From Pseudomonadota bacterium (lineage in GTDB: Bacteria; Desulfobacterota; Binatia; Binatales; Binataceae): a DNA stretch of 64,000 bases. The first letter of the stretch is position 1, and each line of letters begins with the position of its first letter. The stretch spans positions 11,955 to 75,954 of the forward strand of contig JAJPKP010000061.1 of assembly GCA_021323675.1 (NCBI GenBank), written 5' to 3'. The notes under the pieces were generated by a model that saw only the letters and a program-made list of their open reading frames with translations, searched no databases and was not told where the DNA came from. Of this stretch, positions 40,112 through 53,900 are shown piece by piece. The position numbers and the translations under genes are program-made.

Positions 40112-40447
40112 ATGCCGAAGACTATTCCCGCATCGAAGGACCCGAAGACGGCGGCCGCGCCAACCGGGGCGACCAGGATGCGCACCTGTGTCGGGTGCAT
40201 GACGCGGGATCGCAAGGAAGCGATGGTTCGAATTGTCGGGAGTGAAAGGGGCCTGGTTCCTGATTTCGGAGCGCGAGCCCCCGGACGCGGCGGATATCTT
40301 CATCCGCGCACGGAATGCATGGAGCGGTTCCTGAAATCCAGGGCCAGAGAGTTTCGATCGCTCAGGATGAAGATCGACCGAGACCAGAGAAGTTCAATCA
40401 TTGAGGCGATCAGAGGGCGACTGGATAGAGAGCCGTCGCTCGAATAG
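40112..40447 (+). CDS. ylxR: YlxR/RnpM-family protein (DUF448)
   Basis: 'MRTCVGCM...[10 protein letters not shown]' conserved Cys pair of YlxR. Alternative start at 40181. Confidence 0.7.
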   Translation: MPKTIPASKDPKTAAAPTGATRMRTCVGCMTRDRKEAMVRIVGSERGLVPDFGARAPGRGGYLHPRTECMERFLKSRAREFRSLRMKIDRDQRSSIIEAIRGRLDREPSLE

Positions 40448-40457
40448 AATAGAAAAG

Positions 40458-43340
<2,883 letters not shown>

Positions 43341-43388
43341 TTTCCGCTGGCGCCCTGCGCGGGCGCCGCGTGCAGGAGGGGAGGGGCA

Positions 43389-43676
43389 ATGGTCGTCGGC
43401 GTGTTGCGGCTTACGCTTTTCCTGCCGGAAAATCACTCGCTCAAAGGCAAGCGGCAGGTCTTGCGGGCGATCAAAGACCGAGTGCGCAACAAGTTCAACG
43501 TCTCGATCGCCGAGTCAGACGGTCACGACATGTGGCAGCGCGCGGAACTGGGCATCTGCCAGGTTGGCAGCGACCGCTCCTTCGTGGATGGCGCGCTGCG
43601 CGAGGTCGTGAACTTCATCGACTCCCTCGGGCTTGCTCCGCTGGGCGAGGAACAACTCGAGATTATCAACTACTGA
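43389..43676 (+). CDS. DUF503 domain protein (YlxP-like)
   Basis: 95 aa 'LRLTLFLPENHSLKGKRQVLRAIKDRVRNKFNVSIAE'. Conserved position between infB and rbfA. Confidence 0.75.
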   Translation: MVVGVLRLTLFLPENHSLKGKRQVLRAIKDRVRNKFNVSIAESDGHDMWQRAELGICQVGSDRSFVDGALREVVNFIDSLGLAPLGEEQLEIINY

Positions 43677-43712
43677 GCGCCGCGAGAGCGGCGACCGGTT
43701 CGAAAAAAAGCT

Positions 43713-44064
43713 GGTGAGCGAAGTACGCAGAGCGGAGCGGGTGGCGGAACTCGTGCTGCGCGAGGTTTCCGGGATGTTAATCAGGGACCTCAAGGATCCG
43801 CGGCTGCGCGGCGTGACACTGACCGCCGTTACGATGGCCGACGATCTGCGGCACGGCCGCGTGTTTTTCTCGCATATCGAGGGCAAGGCGCGGGCCGCCG
43901 CGGCAATCGCGGGCTTCCGGAGCGCCAGCGGGTTTATCCGGCGTGAAATCGGGCGCTCGCTCGGGCTTCGATACACTCCGGAACTCGACTTCGAGTTCGA
44001 CCCGGGGCCGGAGCGCGCCGCGCGCATCGGCGAGCTGCTGCGCGAAGCGAGGAGCAAGGACTAG
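43713..44064 (+). CDS. rbfA: ribosome-binding factor A
   Basis: 'RAERVAELVLREVSGMLIRDLKDPRL...VTLTAVTMADDLRHGRVFFS'. GTG start assumed at 43713. No in-frame ATG downstream of the DUF503 gene. Confidence 0.75.
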
Positions 44065-44386
44065 GCTGCGCGATGCTGCCTGGCTGTTAAAGGGCGCCGC
44101 CCTTCCCCCTTGAAATTTGAGGAGCGCGATCATAGTTATCTGCTAAACGGTTGGTTTGCTTAAACGTTCGTTTAGGGACCTGCCGAATAGCGATGGCTTA
44201 AGCGCCGATGCGCGCGCCGGAACGCGCAACCTCCCGTAAAGGCGCGGCGCAAAGGCTTTAGGCGTTCTCGACCCAACCCGAGACCCGGAGGGCCGGCCCC
44301 GTCGATCGAGGCCGGTCCTCCCCCCTTTGCGCCTTTCACTGTCTTATCTCGCCCGATCTGGCGGGCTATGCTGGATGGCTCCGCGA

Positions 44387-45277
44387 ATGAATGCGATTGT
44401 CATAGTGGACAAGCCGTCCGGGATGACCTCGGCTGAGGTTGTTCGCAGAGTGAAGCGGGTGGTCAGGCCCGCCCGTGTCGGCCATCTGGGGACCCTGGAT
44501 CCGTTCGCAACCGGCGTCCTTCCGGTTCTCATCGGCGAAGCGACGAAGCTTGCTCATTTCATGGAGGGCGGCGACAAGCGCTATCAGGGCCTGATCGCTT
44601 TGGGAACGGAGACAGACACTCTCGATCGCGAGGGCGAGGTGGTGCGAACCGCCGAGGTGCCGCCGCTGGACAGGGAACGCCTCGCCGAGATCGAGCGCAG
44701 GTTCACGGGCAAGATAACGCAGGTGCCTCCCGTGTTTTCGGCCATCAAGCGCGCCGGCGTGCCGCTTTACCGGCTCGCGCGACAGGGCGTCGAAATCGAA
44801 CCGCCTGAACCGCGCGAGGTCGAAATTCGGCTTTTGAAATTGGAGGCCGCGGCGCGTGATTCGATTCGCCTCGAGGCGGTGTGCTCGCCCGGAACGTATA
44901 TCAGATCGCTAGCGCGCGACATCGGGATCGCGCTCGGCTCCGCCGCTCATCTAGCGGAACTCAGGCGCCTGTGGACAGCGGGCTATTCGATTGAAGATGC
45001 GTCGCCGCTCGAGGCGGTCCTGCAAGCTCTGGAATCGGGCGACTGGAAATATGCGCGCCTTCTTGATCTGGCCGAGGCGATGCCGGGTCTGCCTTGCGCG
45101 AAGCTCGATCCTGTCCTGGAAAAGAGGCTCAGAAACGGGGATTCGTCGGCGCTGGACCTGATGGTGCCGGCGGGCGCGGGAATCTTCAAGGTGCTGAGTT
45201 TGGCGGGGAATCTGATTGCGATCGCGCGCGCGACGTCACGCACCACCGCGGCAATCGAGCGAATCTTCAATAGCTGA
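44387..45277 (+). CDS. truB: tRNA pseudouridine(55) synthase TruB
   Basis: 'IVIVDKPSGMTSAEVV...GHLGTLDPFATGVLPVLIG' catalytic Asp motif. Confidence 0.9.
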   Translation: MNAIVIVDKPSGMTSAEVVRRVKRVVRPARVGHLGTLDPFATGVLPVLIGEATKLAHFMEGGDKRYQGLIALGTETDTLDREGEVVRTAEVPPLDRERLAEIERRFTGKITQVPPVFSAIKRAGVPLYRLARQGVEIEPPEPREVEIRLLKLEAAARDSIRLEAVCSPGTYIRSLARDIGIALGSAAHLAELRRLWTAGYSIEDASPLEAVLQALESGDWKYARLLDLAEAMPGLPCAKLDPVLEKRLRNGDSSALDLMVPAGAGIFKVLSLAGNLIAIARATSRTTAAIERIFNS

Positions 45278-45385
45278 AACGGACCCGCGGGCGGAATCTC
45301 GCGTCGCAGGCATATGGCGCGACGGCGGCCGCGCTGTCCGAGCGACGCTGGCTGCCCAGGCTCGCCTCGTGATATGCATCGCCTC

Positions 45386-46228
45386 ATGAAATTCGGACTA
45401 TTCGGAATCAATAACGGCGCCTGCGCCTTTCCAGACACTGCCGCGACAGTGGCCCGCGCCGCGGAAGCGTCAGGTTTCGAGAGCTTGTGGACGGGTGAGC
45501 ATGTCATCCTTCCCGATCCGCAGGTTCCCCCGTCTCCCGTGCCTGCCGATTATCCGATGGACGATCCCGCGGTGGCGCTCGCTTTCGTGGCGGCGCACAC
45601 GAGCAGGGTTCGGCTGGGCACCGGAATCATCATCCTGCCGCAGCGCAATCCGGTGGTGCTCGCCAAGCAATTGGCGTCACTCGACGTGCTCTCGAAAGGC
45701 CGGCTCATCTTCGGCATCGGCGTCGGCTATCTGAAGCCTGAGTTCGACGCGATAGGGGCGCCTTTCGACCACAAGGGAGCCCGGAGCGAGGAATTTCTGG
45801 CGGCGATGATCGCGTTGTGGTCGATGGAAAAGCCTCAGTTTGCCGGCCGATGGGTCAGCTTCAAGGGCGTCAATGCGATGCCGCGTCCGGTCCAGAAGCC
45901 GCATCCGGAGATAGTGTTCGGAGGCCACACGCCCGAGGCCTACGGTCGCGCAGCGCGGCTGGCGCGGGGATGGTACGGCTTCGCGCTGGATGTCGATGGC
46001 GCTCGCAAGTGCATCGAAGGCCTCCGCGAGGCCTGCGCAAAGGCTGGTCGCAAGTTCGAGGAGCTGGAGATTAGCGTGACGCCACGTCCGCCAGTGGATC
46101 TGGATACGGCCAAGCGATTTGCTGAAGCCGGGGTCCATCGCCTGATTCTCCTAACGAGAGCATCGGACGAGCAGGGTCTGCTCAAGGAAGTGGACTCAGC
46201 TGCGACGAAGCTCATCGGCCGCGTCTGA
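45386..46228 (+). CDS. LLM-class (possibly F420-dependent) oxidoreductase
   Basis: 280 aa 'MKFGLFG...GFESLWTGEHV...'. Short TIM-barrel LLM typical of F420/FMN-dependent reductases. Confidence 0.7.
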   Translation: MKFGLFGINNGACAFPDTAATVARAAEASGFESLWTGEHVILPDPQVPPSPVPADYPMDDPAVALAFVAAHTSRVRLGTGIIILPQRNPVVLAKQLASLDVLSKGRLIFGIGVGYLKPEFDAIGAPFDHKGARSEEFLAAMIALWSMEKPQFAGRWVSFKGVNAMPRPVQKPHPEIVFGGHTPEAYGRAARLARGWYGFALDVDGARKCIEGLREACAKAGRKFEELEISVTPRPPVDLDTAKRFAEAGVHRLILLTRASDEQGLLKEVDSAATKLIGRV

Positions 46229-46517
46229 TCGAGAAGCAGCGAAACGAGCTTGGGTGACGAGTGATCGGCAGGAGACCGCTGGAGTAGTCTGTCTTTATAA
46301 ATCGTGGTCTTTATCAAGCAACTTTAGTCTGCAGACTGCCAATTTCCCGTCACAAGTGCCAAAAAGTCAGCACTGATCGGAGTATTAGCTCGAAACTTAG
46401 GCCCGTTTCGTCTAGGAAATCTCTAGACGGATTGTCGGCATGCCTCTTGCGTTTCACTCAGCACTGGGCCGCAATAGCAGCCTATGTAATGCTCGCACAA
46501 GAAAGGGGAGAACGGAG

Positions 46518-46706
46518 ATGAAGTCGGACACCACGCATGTTCTAACGGTCAAGGAGCTTTCAGATTACCTGAAGGTGCATCCGTCCACGATCTATCGCCA
46601 GTTGAAGAGAGGCAACCTGCCGGCTTTCAAAGTGGGCAGCGATTGGCGTTTCAACATCGAGTCGATTGACCGCTGGCGCCTCGAGCAGGACAGCTTCAAG
46701 GGCTAG
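46518..46706 (+). CDS. excisionase-family helix-turn-helix DNA-binding protein (HTH_17)
   Basis: 62 aa 'LTVKELSDYLKVHPSTIYRQLKRGNLPAFKVGSDWRF'. AAAGGGGAG RBS. Confidence 0.7.
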   Translation: MKSDTTHVLTVKELSDYLKVHPSTIYRQLKRGNLPAFKVGSDWRFNIESIDRWRLEQDSFKG

Positions 46707-46734
46707 GTTTTAGACACTCGAGCCAGACAAGAGG

Positions 46735-46775
46735 GGCGCGGCCGGCCGATACGCGTGCAGCCGCGCCCTTTTTCT
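46735..46775. terminator. bidirectional rho-independent terminator between convergent HTH gene and RNase II gene
   Basis: 9-bp GC stem 'gggcgcggc...gccgcgccc' followed by TTTTTCT. Confidence 0.6.
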
Positions 46776-46777
46776 GT

Positions 46778-48733
46778 TCATGAATCTCCTTCCGGATCGC
46801 TGTCGATCGAGCGCAAATAGTCAAACGCAAGCCATCCTCTGAGCGGATCAACTCGGCTGATCTGCACCAATACCGGGCTCTGGTCGGGAAGGCTTGGGGC
46901 GCCGCGGAGGGTTCCCCTTACCGCAAAGTCAGCCAGCTCGGCAGTGGCACCTTCTCGGGCGACAAATGCCTTAAGGGGTGAACCCATCGAGTTGCGTTCA
47001 AGGTAGCGCAGAATCCAGTAGCGCTTTGCACGACGTTCGAGTTCGCGTCCGCTGGCTTCGGCGGCTTCGGCGCCGGCCAGCACCGTAAGCAATTCTTCCA
47101 CGCTGTAGGGCTGGACGGGACGTTCGGCCAGCGAAGCGACCAACTGGCGCTGCAACACGAGATCGGCGTAACGGCGGATCGGCGAGCTGAACTGGGCGTA
47201 GTAGTCGAGTCCAACCCCGGCGTGGTACTCGGGGTAGAGCGATAAGCGGGGGCGCTGCCCCTCGCCGCGCGTTTCCGGCTGGACGCGGTAAATGATTGGG
47301 ATCCGGTTTTCCGCGGCGAATCGCGCGGCCACGAAATTGCTCAGCACCATGAATTCCGCCACCAGGCTGCGGCTTGGCGAGTTGCTGTCGAGCACGCGAA
47401 TCTGGATGTCTCCGTCGCGCACGATGACTTTGGGCTCGCGGCGATGGACCATCGCGGCCCCGGCCATCCGCCGGCGCTCGCGCAGCTTTCCAGCGGATTG
47501 GTGCAGCAGGCGCAGCATGGCGCCGACGCGGTCATTGCTCGGTGCGGAGGCGAGCGCGCGGTCCGCCTCTCCGTAATCGAGGCGTTTTACGATCCGGATG
47601 CGCGCCGGGTAGATGGTCGCGTTTTCGATCTCGCCGGATGGCGAAATCGTGAGGTCGGTGGTCAGGACGTGCCGCTCCCGATCCTGAACAAGGCTCGCGC
47701 GTTCGGACGAGATGCTCTCGGGCAGCATCGGCACCGTCGTCTCGGGCAGATACACGGTGGTTGCGCGGCTGGCGGCTTCCTGATCGACCGCTCCGCCTTT
47801 CGCCACGAAGTCCGCGACCAGCGCGATATGTACGCACACCCTGAGCCCGCCGCTCGCAAGCATCTCGCACGACAGCGCGTCGTCGATTTCAACGGTGTCG
47901 TCGTCATCGATGGTGATTGTAAATCCCGCGTCGATGAAGGGCCGAGGCGCCGCCACGGCCGCCGCGGCCTCGGCGAGGGCCGCATCGCTGAAGCGCGTGG
48001 GCAGCCCGGCGATGAAAGCGAAGCGCGGAGCGTCGGGTTTTGCGCCGAGGCGTTCGAGGGTCTCGAAGCAGGTTTCGGCGGGATCGAGGTCGGGGGCGGC
48101 GGCGGTGAGTATTTGGGTCAAATCGCGGCTGCGAGTGGATGGATTGCGGAGGTACTTGGCGAGCTCGTCCGCCAAAGCGGCGGTCTCGGGTGAGGGCGGT
48201 GGCACCGCGCCGCTCAGGATGTCACGAACCATCGACTGGGTCCGGCGCGCACCTTCGCTGCGGCCGCGAATCCGGTCCTGCTGAAGCCTCAGGCGTTCGA
48301 CCTGCTCCGGGGATCGGGGCACAAATTCCATATGGCGGCGGACAAAAAACAGCCGGTCATTGATTAGCGCTTCAAGCATCACCGAGGTCGCCACCGCCGA
48401 TCGCGTTCCGAAGAAAAGTTCCGCGAGTTCAGCGGCCGAGAATCCGCGCCCTTGTTCCTGCGCCACCTCCCAGAGCAGATTGAGATCGAGTTCATCAGCG
48501 AGCTCGGCGCGCTCGGATTGAAACGCCGCGATTGCGGCCGAGGCCTGATCGCGCGCCGGGCGGCGCTCGGGATGCTGGAGCATCACGAGGTCGCGTGACA
48601 CCAGGTGTTCCTGTCCGGCCGCGTCAACGATCGCCACATGGCGATCCTGTTCGCGTACCACGAGGCCGGCGCGAAACTGGCCGCGATCGAGGTACTCGAC
48701 CAGCGAACCGGACCATTTTTCCAATCGGGACAT
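46778..48733 (-). CDS. RNase II/RNase R-family 3'-5' exoribonuclease (RNB domain)
   Basis: RNB catalytic block 'FTITIDDDDTVEIDDALS'. N-terminal OB-like region. Start uncertain: 48766, 48745 or 48733. Confidence 0.75.
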   Translation of the reverse strand: MSRLEKWSGSLVEYLDRGQFRAGLVVREQDRHVAIVDAAGQEHLVSRDLVMLQHPERRPARDQASAAIAAFQSERAELADELDLNLLWEVAQEQGRGFSAAELAELFFGTRSAVATSVMLEALINDRLFFVRRHMEFVPRSPEQVERLRLQQDRIRGRSEGARRTQSMVRDILSGAVPPPSPETAALADELAKYLRNPSTRSRDLTQILTAAAPDLDPAETCFETLERLGAKPDAPRFAFIAGLPTRFSDAALAEAAAAVAAPRPFIDAGFTITIDDDDTVEIDDALSCEMLASGGLRVCVHIALVADFVAKGGAVDQEAASRATTVYLPETTVPMLPESISSERASLVQDRERHVLTTDLTISPSGEIENATIYPARIRIVKRLDYGEADRALASAPSNDRVGAMLRLLHQSAGKLRERRRMAGAAMVHRREPKVIVRDGDIQIRVLDSNSPSRSLVAEFMVLSNFVAARFAAENRIPIIYRVQPETRGEGQRPRLSLYPEYHAGVGLDYYAQFSSPIRRYADLVLQRQLVASLAERPVQPYSVEELLTVLAGAEAAEASGRELERRAKRYWILRYLERNSMGSPLKAFVAREGATAELADFAVRGTLRGAPSLPDQSPVLVQISRVDPLRGWLAFDYLRSIDSDPEGDS

Positions 48734-48789
48734 CTCAAGTTTCATTTTGACGATGCCCCGCAACAAAGACTATATGGAAGGGCTAACCC

Positions 48790-49008
48790 ATGGCTCGAAT
48801 CGAAATCGACCTGCCGGACGAGCTCCGCGACGATCTTCGAAAGGTCGCTGACGCGCTGGGCTTCCACCTGCTGTCGGAGGCGGCGTTGATTGCGATAGCC
48901 GACTGGACCGCGCGGCGCAAAGCCGAGCTGGACGATAGGGACCCGAGCCAGAGATACTTCGTGAACGAGGCGTTGGATGAACTCATCGCAAAACAAATCA
49001 AGAAATAA
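48790..49008 (+). CDS. ribbon-helix-helix (CopG/ParD-like) DNA-binding protein, orphan
   Basis: 'MARIEIDLPDELRDDLRKVADALGF' fits an RHH beta-strand plus helix. No toxin partner nearby. Overlaps the next ORF by 32 nt. Confidence 0.4.
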   Translation: MARIEIDLPDELRDDLRKVADALGFHLLSEAALIAIADWTARRKAELDDRDPSQRYFVNEALDELIAKQIKK

Positions 49009-50032
49009 CCTCCTCCTGGGCATCGTTGTCTCCGGCCTAGTACTTGGCGCCGCTGCGATGCTGACCCCGAGTTCCCGGGCGCTTGCGGCCGGCAAATCCA
49101 AAGGCGTCGAGGTCGAGATTCCGTACGAGGCCACCGTCCTCAAGACCTCCCTCACTTCGCCGCTTTATGTGAACGACGCGAGCGGCGGGATGGTTGTATC
49201 GGATGCGGCAGGGGGAGTTTATTCGGTCAGTCTCTCCGGCAAAACCACCGAGTTGGCCGGCAAATCGAAAGTGAAACATCCCGCAGGCGTTGCTAAGGCT
49301 CCTTCAGGGTTCGGAGCCGGCGGGCAGGTCTACGTTCTGGCTTCCGGCGATGACGCCGCGGGGCCGTGCGAGGTGGACGCAATCGACTCGTCAGGCGGTG
49401 TGAGCACGTTTGCCAAGCTTCCGGACGCCGCGGGGGGCAAGCCCACGGATTGCCGGGATCTGCAGTTTGGCGCAGCGGGAACGCCGTATGCCGGCAAGCT
49501 GTATGCCGCGACCGCCGGCAATTCGACGATTTATGCGATCGACTCGTCCGGCAAGGCGGCCGCCTTCGGATCCTTCGACAAGCCTATCGCTTTCGACCTG
49601 ACGACCATCGGCTTTGCGCCGGCCAGCGATCCGAAGGCTCCCAACATGATGCTGGTAGGGATGCGGCCGAAGATGCAGGGCGCGGCGAAAGTCGGGCGCA
49701 TCGGCGTGGTCGGCCCGGACGGCAAGCTCAAGGACGATCCCTATCTGGTCGGATTCATCCGCCCGAGCGGATTCGGCACCTCGCCGGCAAATTGGGGTTC
49801 CTATGGCGATACGTTCTTCATCGCGGATTTTGGCAAGCCCGCATCGGCCGAAGGTGGCACCACGGACGGCTCGCTCTATCGTGTGTACAAGGGCGTTGCG
49901 CGTCCCTTCGCCAGCAACCTGGCGGATCCGACTTCGATGAAGTTCATCGGCGGCAAGATGGTAATTGCCGATCCGGCAATCAAAGGAGCGCCGGGATCGG
50001 GCGGTATCGTCGTAATTTCGTCTCTCCTCTAG
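48977..50032 (+). CDS. hypothetical secreted protein (Gly/Ala-rich, possibly beta-propeller)
   Basis: Signal peptide 'LLLGIVVSGLVLGAAAMLTPSSRALA'. Repeated 'G.YA.DSSG' motifs. Confidence 0.5.
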   Translation: MNSSQNKSRNNLLLGIVVSGLVLGAAAMLTPSSRALAAGKSKGVEVEIPYEATVLKTSLTSPLYVNDASGGMVVSDAAGGVYSVSLSGKTTELAGKSKVKHPAGVAKAPSGFGAGGQVYVLASGDDAAGPCEVDAIDSSGGVSTFAKLPDAAGGKPTDCRDLQFGAAGTPYAGKLYAATAGNSTIYAIDSSGKAAAFGSFDKPIAFDLTTIGFAPASDPKAPNMMLVGMRPKMQGAAKVGRIGVVGPDGKLKDDPYLVGFIRPSGFGTSPANWGSYGDTFFIADFGKPASAEGGTTDGSLYRVYKGVARPFASNLADPTSMKFIGGKMVIADPAIKGAPGSGGIVVISSLL

Positions 50033-50106
50033 CGTGTCGAGGTCTCCGGTGGATTCGCTGTTTTGAGGGATCGCCGGAGACCTTTTACTCTCGGTCCTGG
50101 CGCACT

Positions 50107-50769
50107 TCAGGGTGAGAGCCGCTCAAGAATCCACTGCGAGTTGATTCGCCGATAGCACAGCCGATCGTGCAGGCGGTTGGGCCGGCCCTGCCAGAACTCG
50201 ATGACTTCGGGCCGGAGAATATAGCCGCCCCAGTATGCCGGCCGAGGGACATCCTGGTTGAGGAAGCGATGCTCCATCTCGCGCATCACGCGGTTCAGTT
50301 CATGCCGATCTGGAATCGGCTGGCTCTGGTGTGAAACCCAGGCCGAGAGCTGATGGCTGCGCGGGCGGTCGCGAAAGTATTCGTCGGACTCCGCGGCTTC
50401 GGTTTTGAATACTTTTCCCGTGATACGCACCTGGCGCTCGAGTGACGGCCAATGAAAGACGAGGGCGGCGTTGGGATTCTCGGCGAGGTCGCGCCCCTTG
50501 CGGCTCTCGTAATTGGTGAAAAAGGCAAACCCGCGGTTATCGACGCGTCTCAGCAGCGCAACACGTGCTGAAACCTCGCCGCTTCGATTTGCGGTGGCCA
50601 GCGTCATCGCATGCGGCTCGTCCACTTGCGCATCGATCGCTTCGTCCATCCAGTTGCCAAACTGCAAAATCGGGTCGGCATCCAGGTCCTCGGCATTGAG
50701 CACGCCCGCCCGGTACTCCTTGCGCGAGGTTTTGATGAAGTGATGAACGCGGTGATGAATCTGGCTCAT
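50107..50769 (-). CDS. pdxH: pyridoxamine 5'-phosphate oxidase
   Basis: 220 aa. 'PHAMTLATANRSGEVSARVALLRRVDNRGFAFFTNYESRKG' and C-terminal 'RLHDRLCY' are PdxH hallmarks. Confidence 0.9.
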   Translation of the reverse strand: MSQIHHRVHHFIKTSRKEYRAGVLNAEDLDADPILQFGNWMDEAIDAQVDEPHAMTLATANRSGEVSARVALLRRVDNRGFAFFTNYESRKGRDLAENPNAALVFHWPSLERQVRITGKVFKTEAAESDEYFRDRPRSHQLSAWVSHQSQPIPDRHELNRVMREMEHRFLNQDVPRPAYWGGYILRPEVIEFWQGRPNRLHDRLCYRRINSQWILERLSP

Positions 50770-50919
50770 GTGACAATGCCTCCCCGCGGGGCATAATCGA
50801 TTCTTCAGCGGGAAAGATCAAATTGCCGCCGACGCTTCAGGAACTTCTTTACACGAAGAAAGAAAGAGGGCTGCCGGAGAATTCCGGCAGCCCTCACGAT
50901 CGCGGTATCGAGTTGAACC

Positions 50920-53900
50920 TTACGGAGTAATACAGCCCGTTGGTTCGGCGACCGGCTTGTAGTGCGGGAACTGACCGCCTGCTCCGCCATCCTCGGTCCG
51001 GTTTACGACCGTGCCGCCGCTCGACGCAACCAGGTTGCCATCCAGCGTGGGCGTGGCCGGCGTGCCGTAGGTTACGTAGGGATCGGGGCATTTGGAGGCC
51101 AAGGGTGACCAGGTTGAATCGTTCAGGACGATGCCGTAATCCTGACAGCCTTCCGCCGGGCAAACATAGTAGCTCTCGCCCCCGTTTTTGGATGGGCAGA
51201 AATACGGATCCGTGGAGCTGTCGCCCGTGCAGGCGCCCAAAGGCGACGGGCCGGTGGCATTTGGCCTGACCTGGGCCACGTACAGGAAGAGCCATCCGGT
51301 GCTTGGGTCATAGAAATACTTGTCCAGAACCGGCTTGCCGTTGGAAGTCAGCTCCGAGATCGAATTGGCGGGTGTGAGCGTCGCCTTGTCATATATGCAG
51401 AGCGACCGATTGCTGTCTTTGTGGGAACCGGTCGGGCACGTGCCACTCGTAGGAACAGGGATCACGCCGACCGATGGGCAGTTTTTGTCCTTTTTGTAAT
51501 TCTGACGGTCCAGGTTGAAGCATGCTTCTTTGGAGGTCAGCCCGTTCGCCTGCCCGTCAAGCTGGTTATAGGCTTTCCTCAGCTCCTGATCGGTCGGATC
51601 GACGCCGCCGCCGCCCCATGATCGGTATCCTTGGGTGATGGTGAACAGGCTTGCGGAGTTCGGATGGTTGTTCTGAGTGCTCGATCCGGTTCCGGTGTAG
51701 CAGATACCCACGCGGACGTAGAAAGGACTGTCAGCGGAGATATTTGGTTTTACGGTATCGACGACCGCGACGTGGACAACACTCGCTATTCCCTGGTCTG
51801 CGGTGATTGTATAGCCGTAACCGCTTTGGATTTTAGGCTCCCACACGCCCTGTCCATCGCGGCCCGACAATACCATCTCCGGATGCTCCCGAAGGTTTCC
51901 GCTGAACTCGGTGGAATCCTTCGTGAATGTAACGTGCTGATCGTGACGGTTTTGGTCATTATCCGCATTCGGGTCGGGCGGATTTGGAAACAGTGTCTGG
52001 AATTCCAGGGCTGCCGCCTCTCCGGGGGAGAAATTTGCGTTGGCGCGGCCTTCCATCTTCTTGTCCTGCTTGCCGGTCGCCTGGCACTCGTCAACCGAGC
52101 CGCCCGGTGTGCTGCCGGCCGCGTTCAGTTCGAGGTTGTTGAGAGAAATCGGATGCAGCTTGCCATCGAGGCTGTCGTCGCTGGTGGGTTTGACGGTGTA
52201 CCCGCTCAGGGTTCCGTCCAGGTCGATGATGGCGGTGTTTTTGTCGCCGTCATTGAAGGCGGAAATGTTGACCTGTTGCGTGTAAACCTGGTGGCGAAAA
52301 TCGACATTATCCCACGAGAGCTTTTCGCTGGCTGTTGCTACCGGATAGGAACTGAGGTTTCCCTGGAACCATCCGAGCGCTGCGTCGCCTTCGTACACTC
52401 CGTTGGGAGGCGGAGGAATCGGCGATGGAGGACTGTTCAGGTAAGCCGTGTCGTAGGTGGTCAGCAGGCTCGTTGGGTCGGCTTTAAAGTTGACGAACCG
52501 ATCGTGGAAAATGAGCGCGGGCCCGTCGTAAATCATGTAACCGGCCATGTTCCAGCGATTGTCGGGGTAGCCGTTGTTGATTCGATCGGCGCCGGTGCCC
52601 TGCTGGCCTTTTGCAGCCGCGGTTTTATCAATACAGCCGAAGTTCCATCCGCCAATTTGTCCGAGGCCCTGCGAACTCTGCCGGATCGAGGGGCAGGGGC
52701 CGAAGCGGTCGACGTTGTTCTGGCTGATCCCGACTATCACCGAATCGCTAAGCAGCGAGTAGATTCCGGGGTAGTTGCCGTCGGGTCCGCCGGAGGTTAC
52801 CAGCGAGATTCCGTCGCGATTGGTGGCAATCCGGGCGCCGCTGACGGTATAGAAGCTTGGCCGCAGCCAGATTCCTCGGAAGCGGTTGCGCGTGACCGTA
52901 ACGCCCGTAAATTCGGCCATCGTCGCGTGATTGGTCGGAGACTTCACTCCGTTCTGATAGGGCTGCAGTGCTTCGGCGTTGATATCCTGATTGTCGCCGC
53001 TATAGAGCCCGGAGTCGCAGCCATGCGCCCGGTTGTTGACGAAGGTTCCGTGAGGATTGCCGATTCCGGTGTAGGTGCCTACCGGAATGAACTTTTTGCT
53101 TTGCAGGGTCTGGCTGCCGCGGAACGGCGGGACGTACCAGTATCCCTTGCCCTCGCCCTGGCATCCGCCAATCGAGTTGTTGGTCAGGTTCGTGCTGGGA
53201 TTGACAATCCAGAAACCGCTCGCGGGTTCATAGTAATACTCTCCAGAGTTGCACGGTGGTTGGGTTCCGGTCGGAATGAATGACCCGTTGTCATTGGTGT
53301 TCTTGTCGCCGAACTTCATGCAGCTTCCGACCGTGCCGGCGGTCTGGTCTCCGGTGTCCGGAATCTTGAATTGATCGAACGGCATCTTCTTTGAATCCTG
53401 GTTGAGCGGATCGACCATGTTGTCGCCCACCCACCAGGAATTGCTGATGAGGGTGTTACGCGCGGTCTCCGGCGTGCCACCGTCGTTCACGTCGAACCAG
53501 TTGCTCATCGCGCCCAGGCCGAGATTGTGATTGAACGTGACGTTGTCCTCGTCGCCAATCTCCTCGTAGAAGATGTGCCCGGTGATTCTCGCGCAGACGT
53601 TGTTCGAGATGGTCAGGTTCTGCGTCGAATGGATCGCTATGCACTTGTTATAGCTGTGATGGATGCTGTTGGAATCGAGGAGCGGCTTCTGCGCCACGTC
53701 TTGATCCATATGGAAATGGATCGGATAGCTGCCGAGCTTGTCCTTGCCGAACTTCGAGATCTCGACGCCCTGGATGGAAACTTCGTTGAAGCCCTGGAGA
53801 AACTTGATCTCGCCGCCCCAATGGTTGCTCGTTCCGGTGGCGGGAGTGACGGAGGTCAGCGTGATATTGCGGGTGATGAGGCCGACCTCGGCGCGCTCGT

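Noticed and set aside
38662-40215. 517-aa minus-strand ORF antisense to nusA
   Set aside because: Low-complexity Arg/Leu/Gly-rich sequence. nusA on the plus strand is unambiguous.
44065-44386. Possible tRNA or small RNA gene in the rbfA-truB spacer
   Set aside because: No cloverleaf-compatible acceptor/T-arm arrangement could be identified by eye. Only simple palindromes. Left as a regulatory/terminator region.
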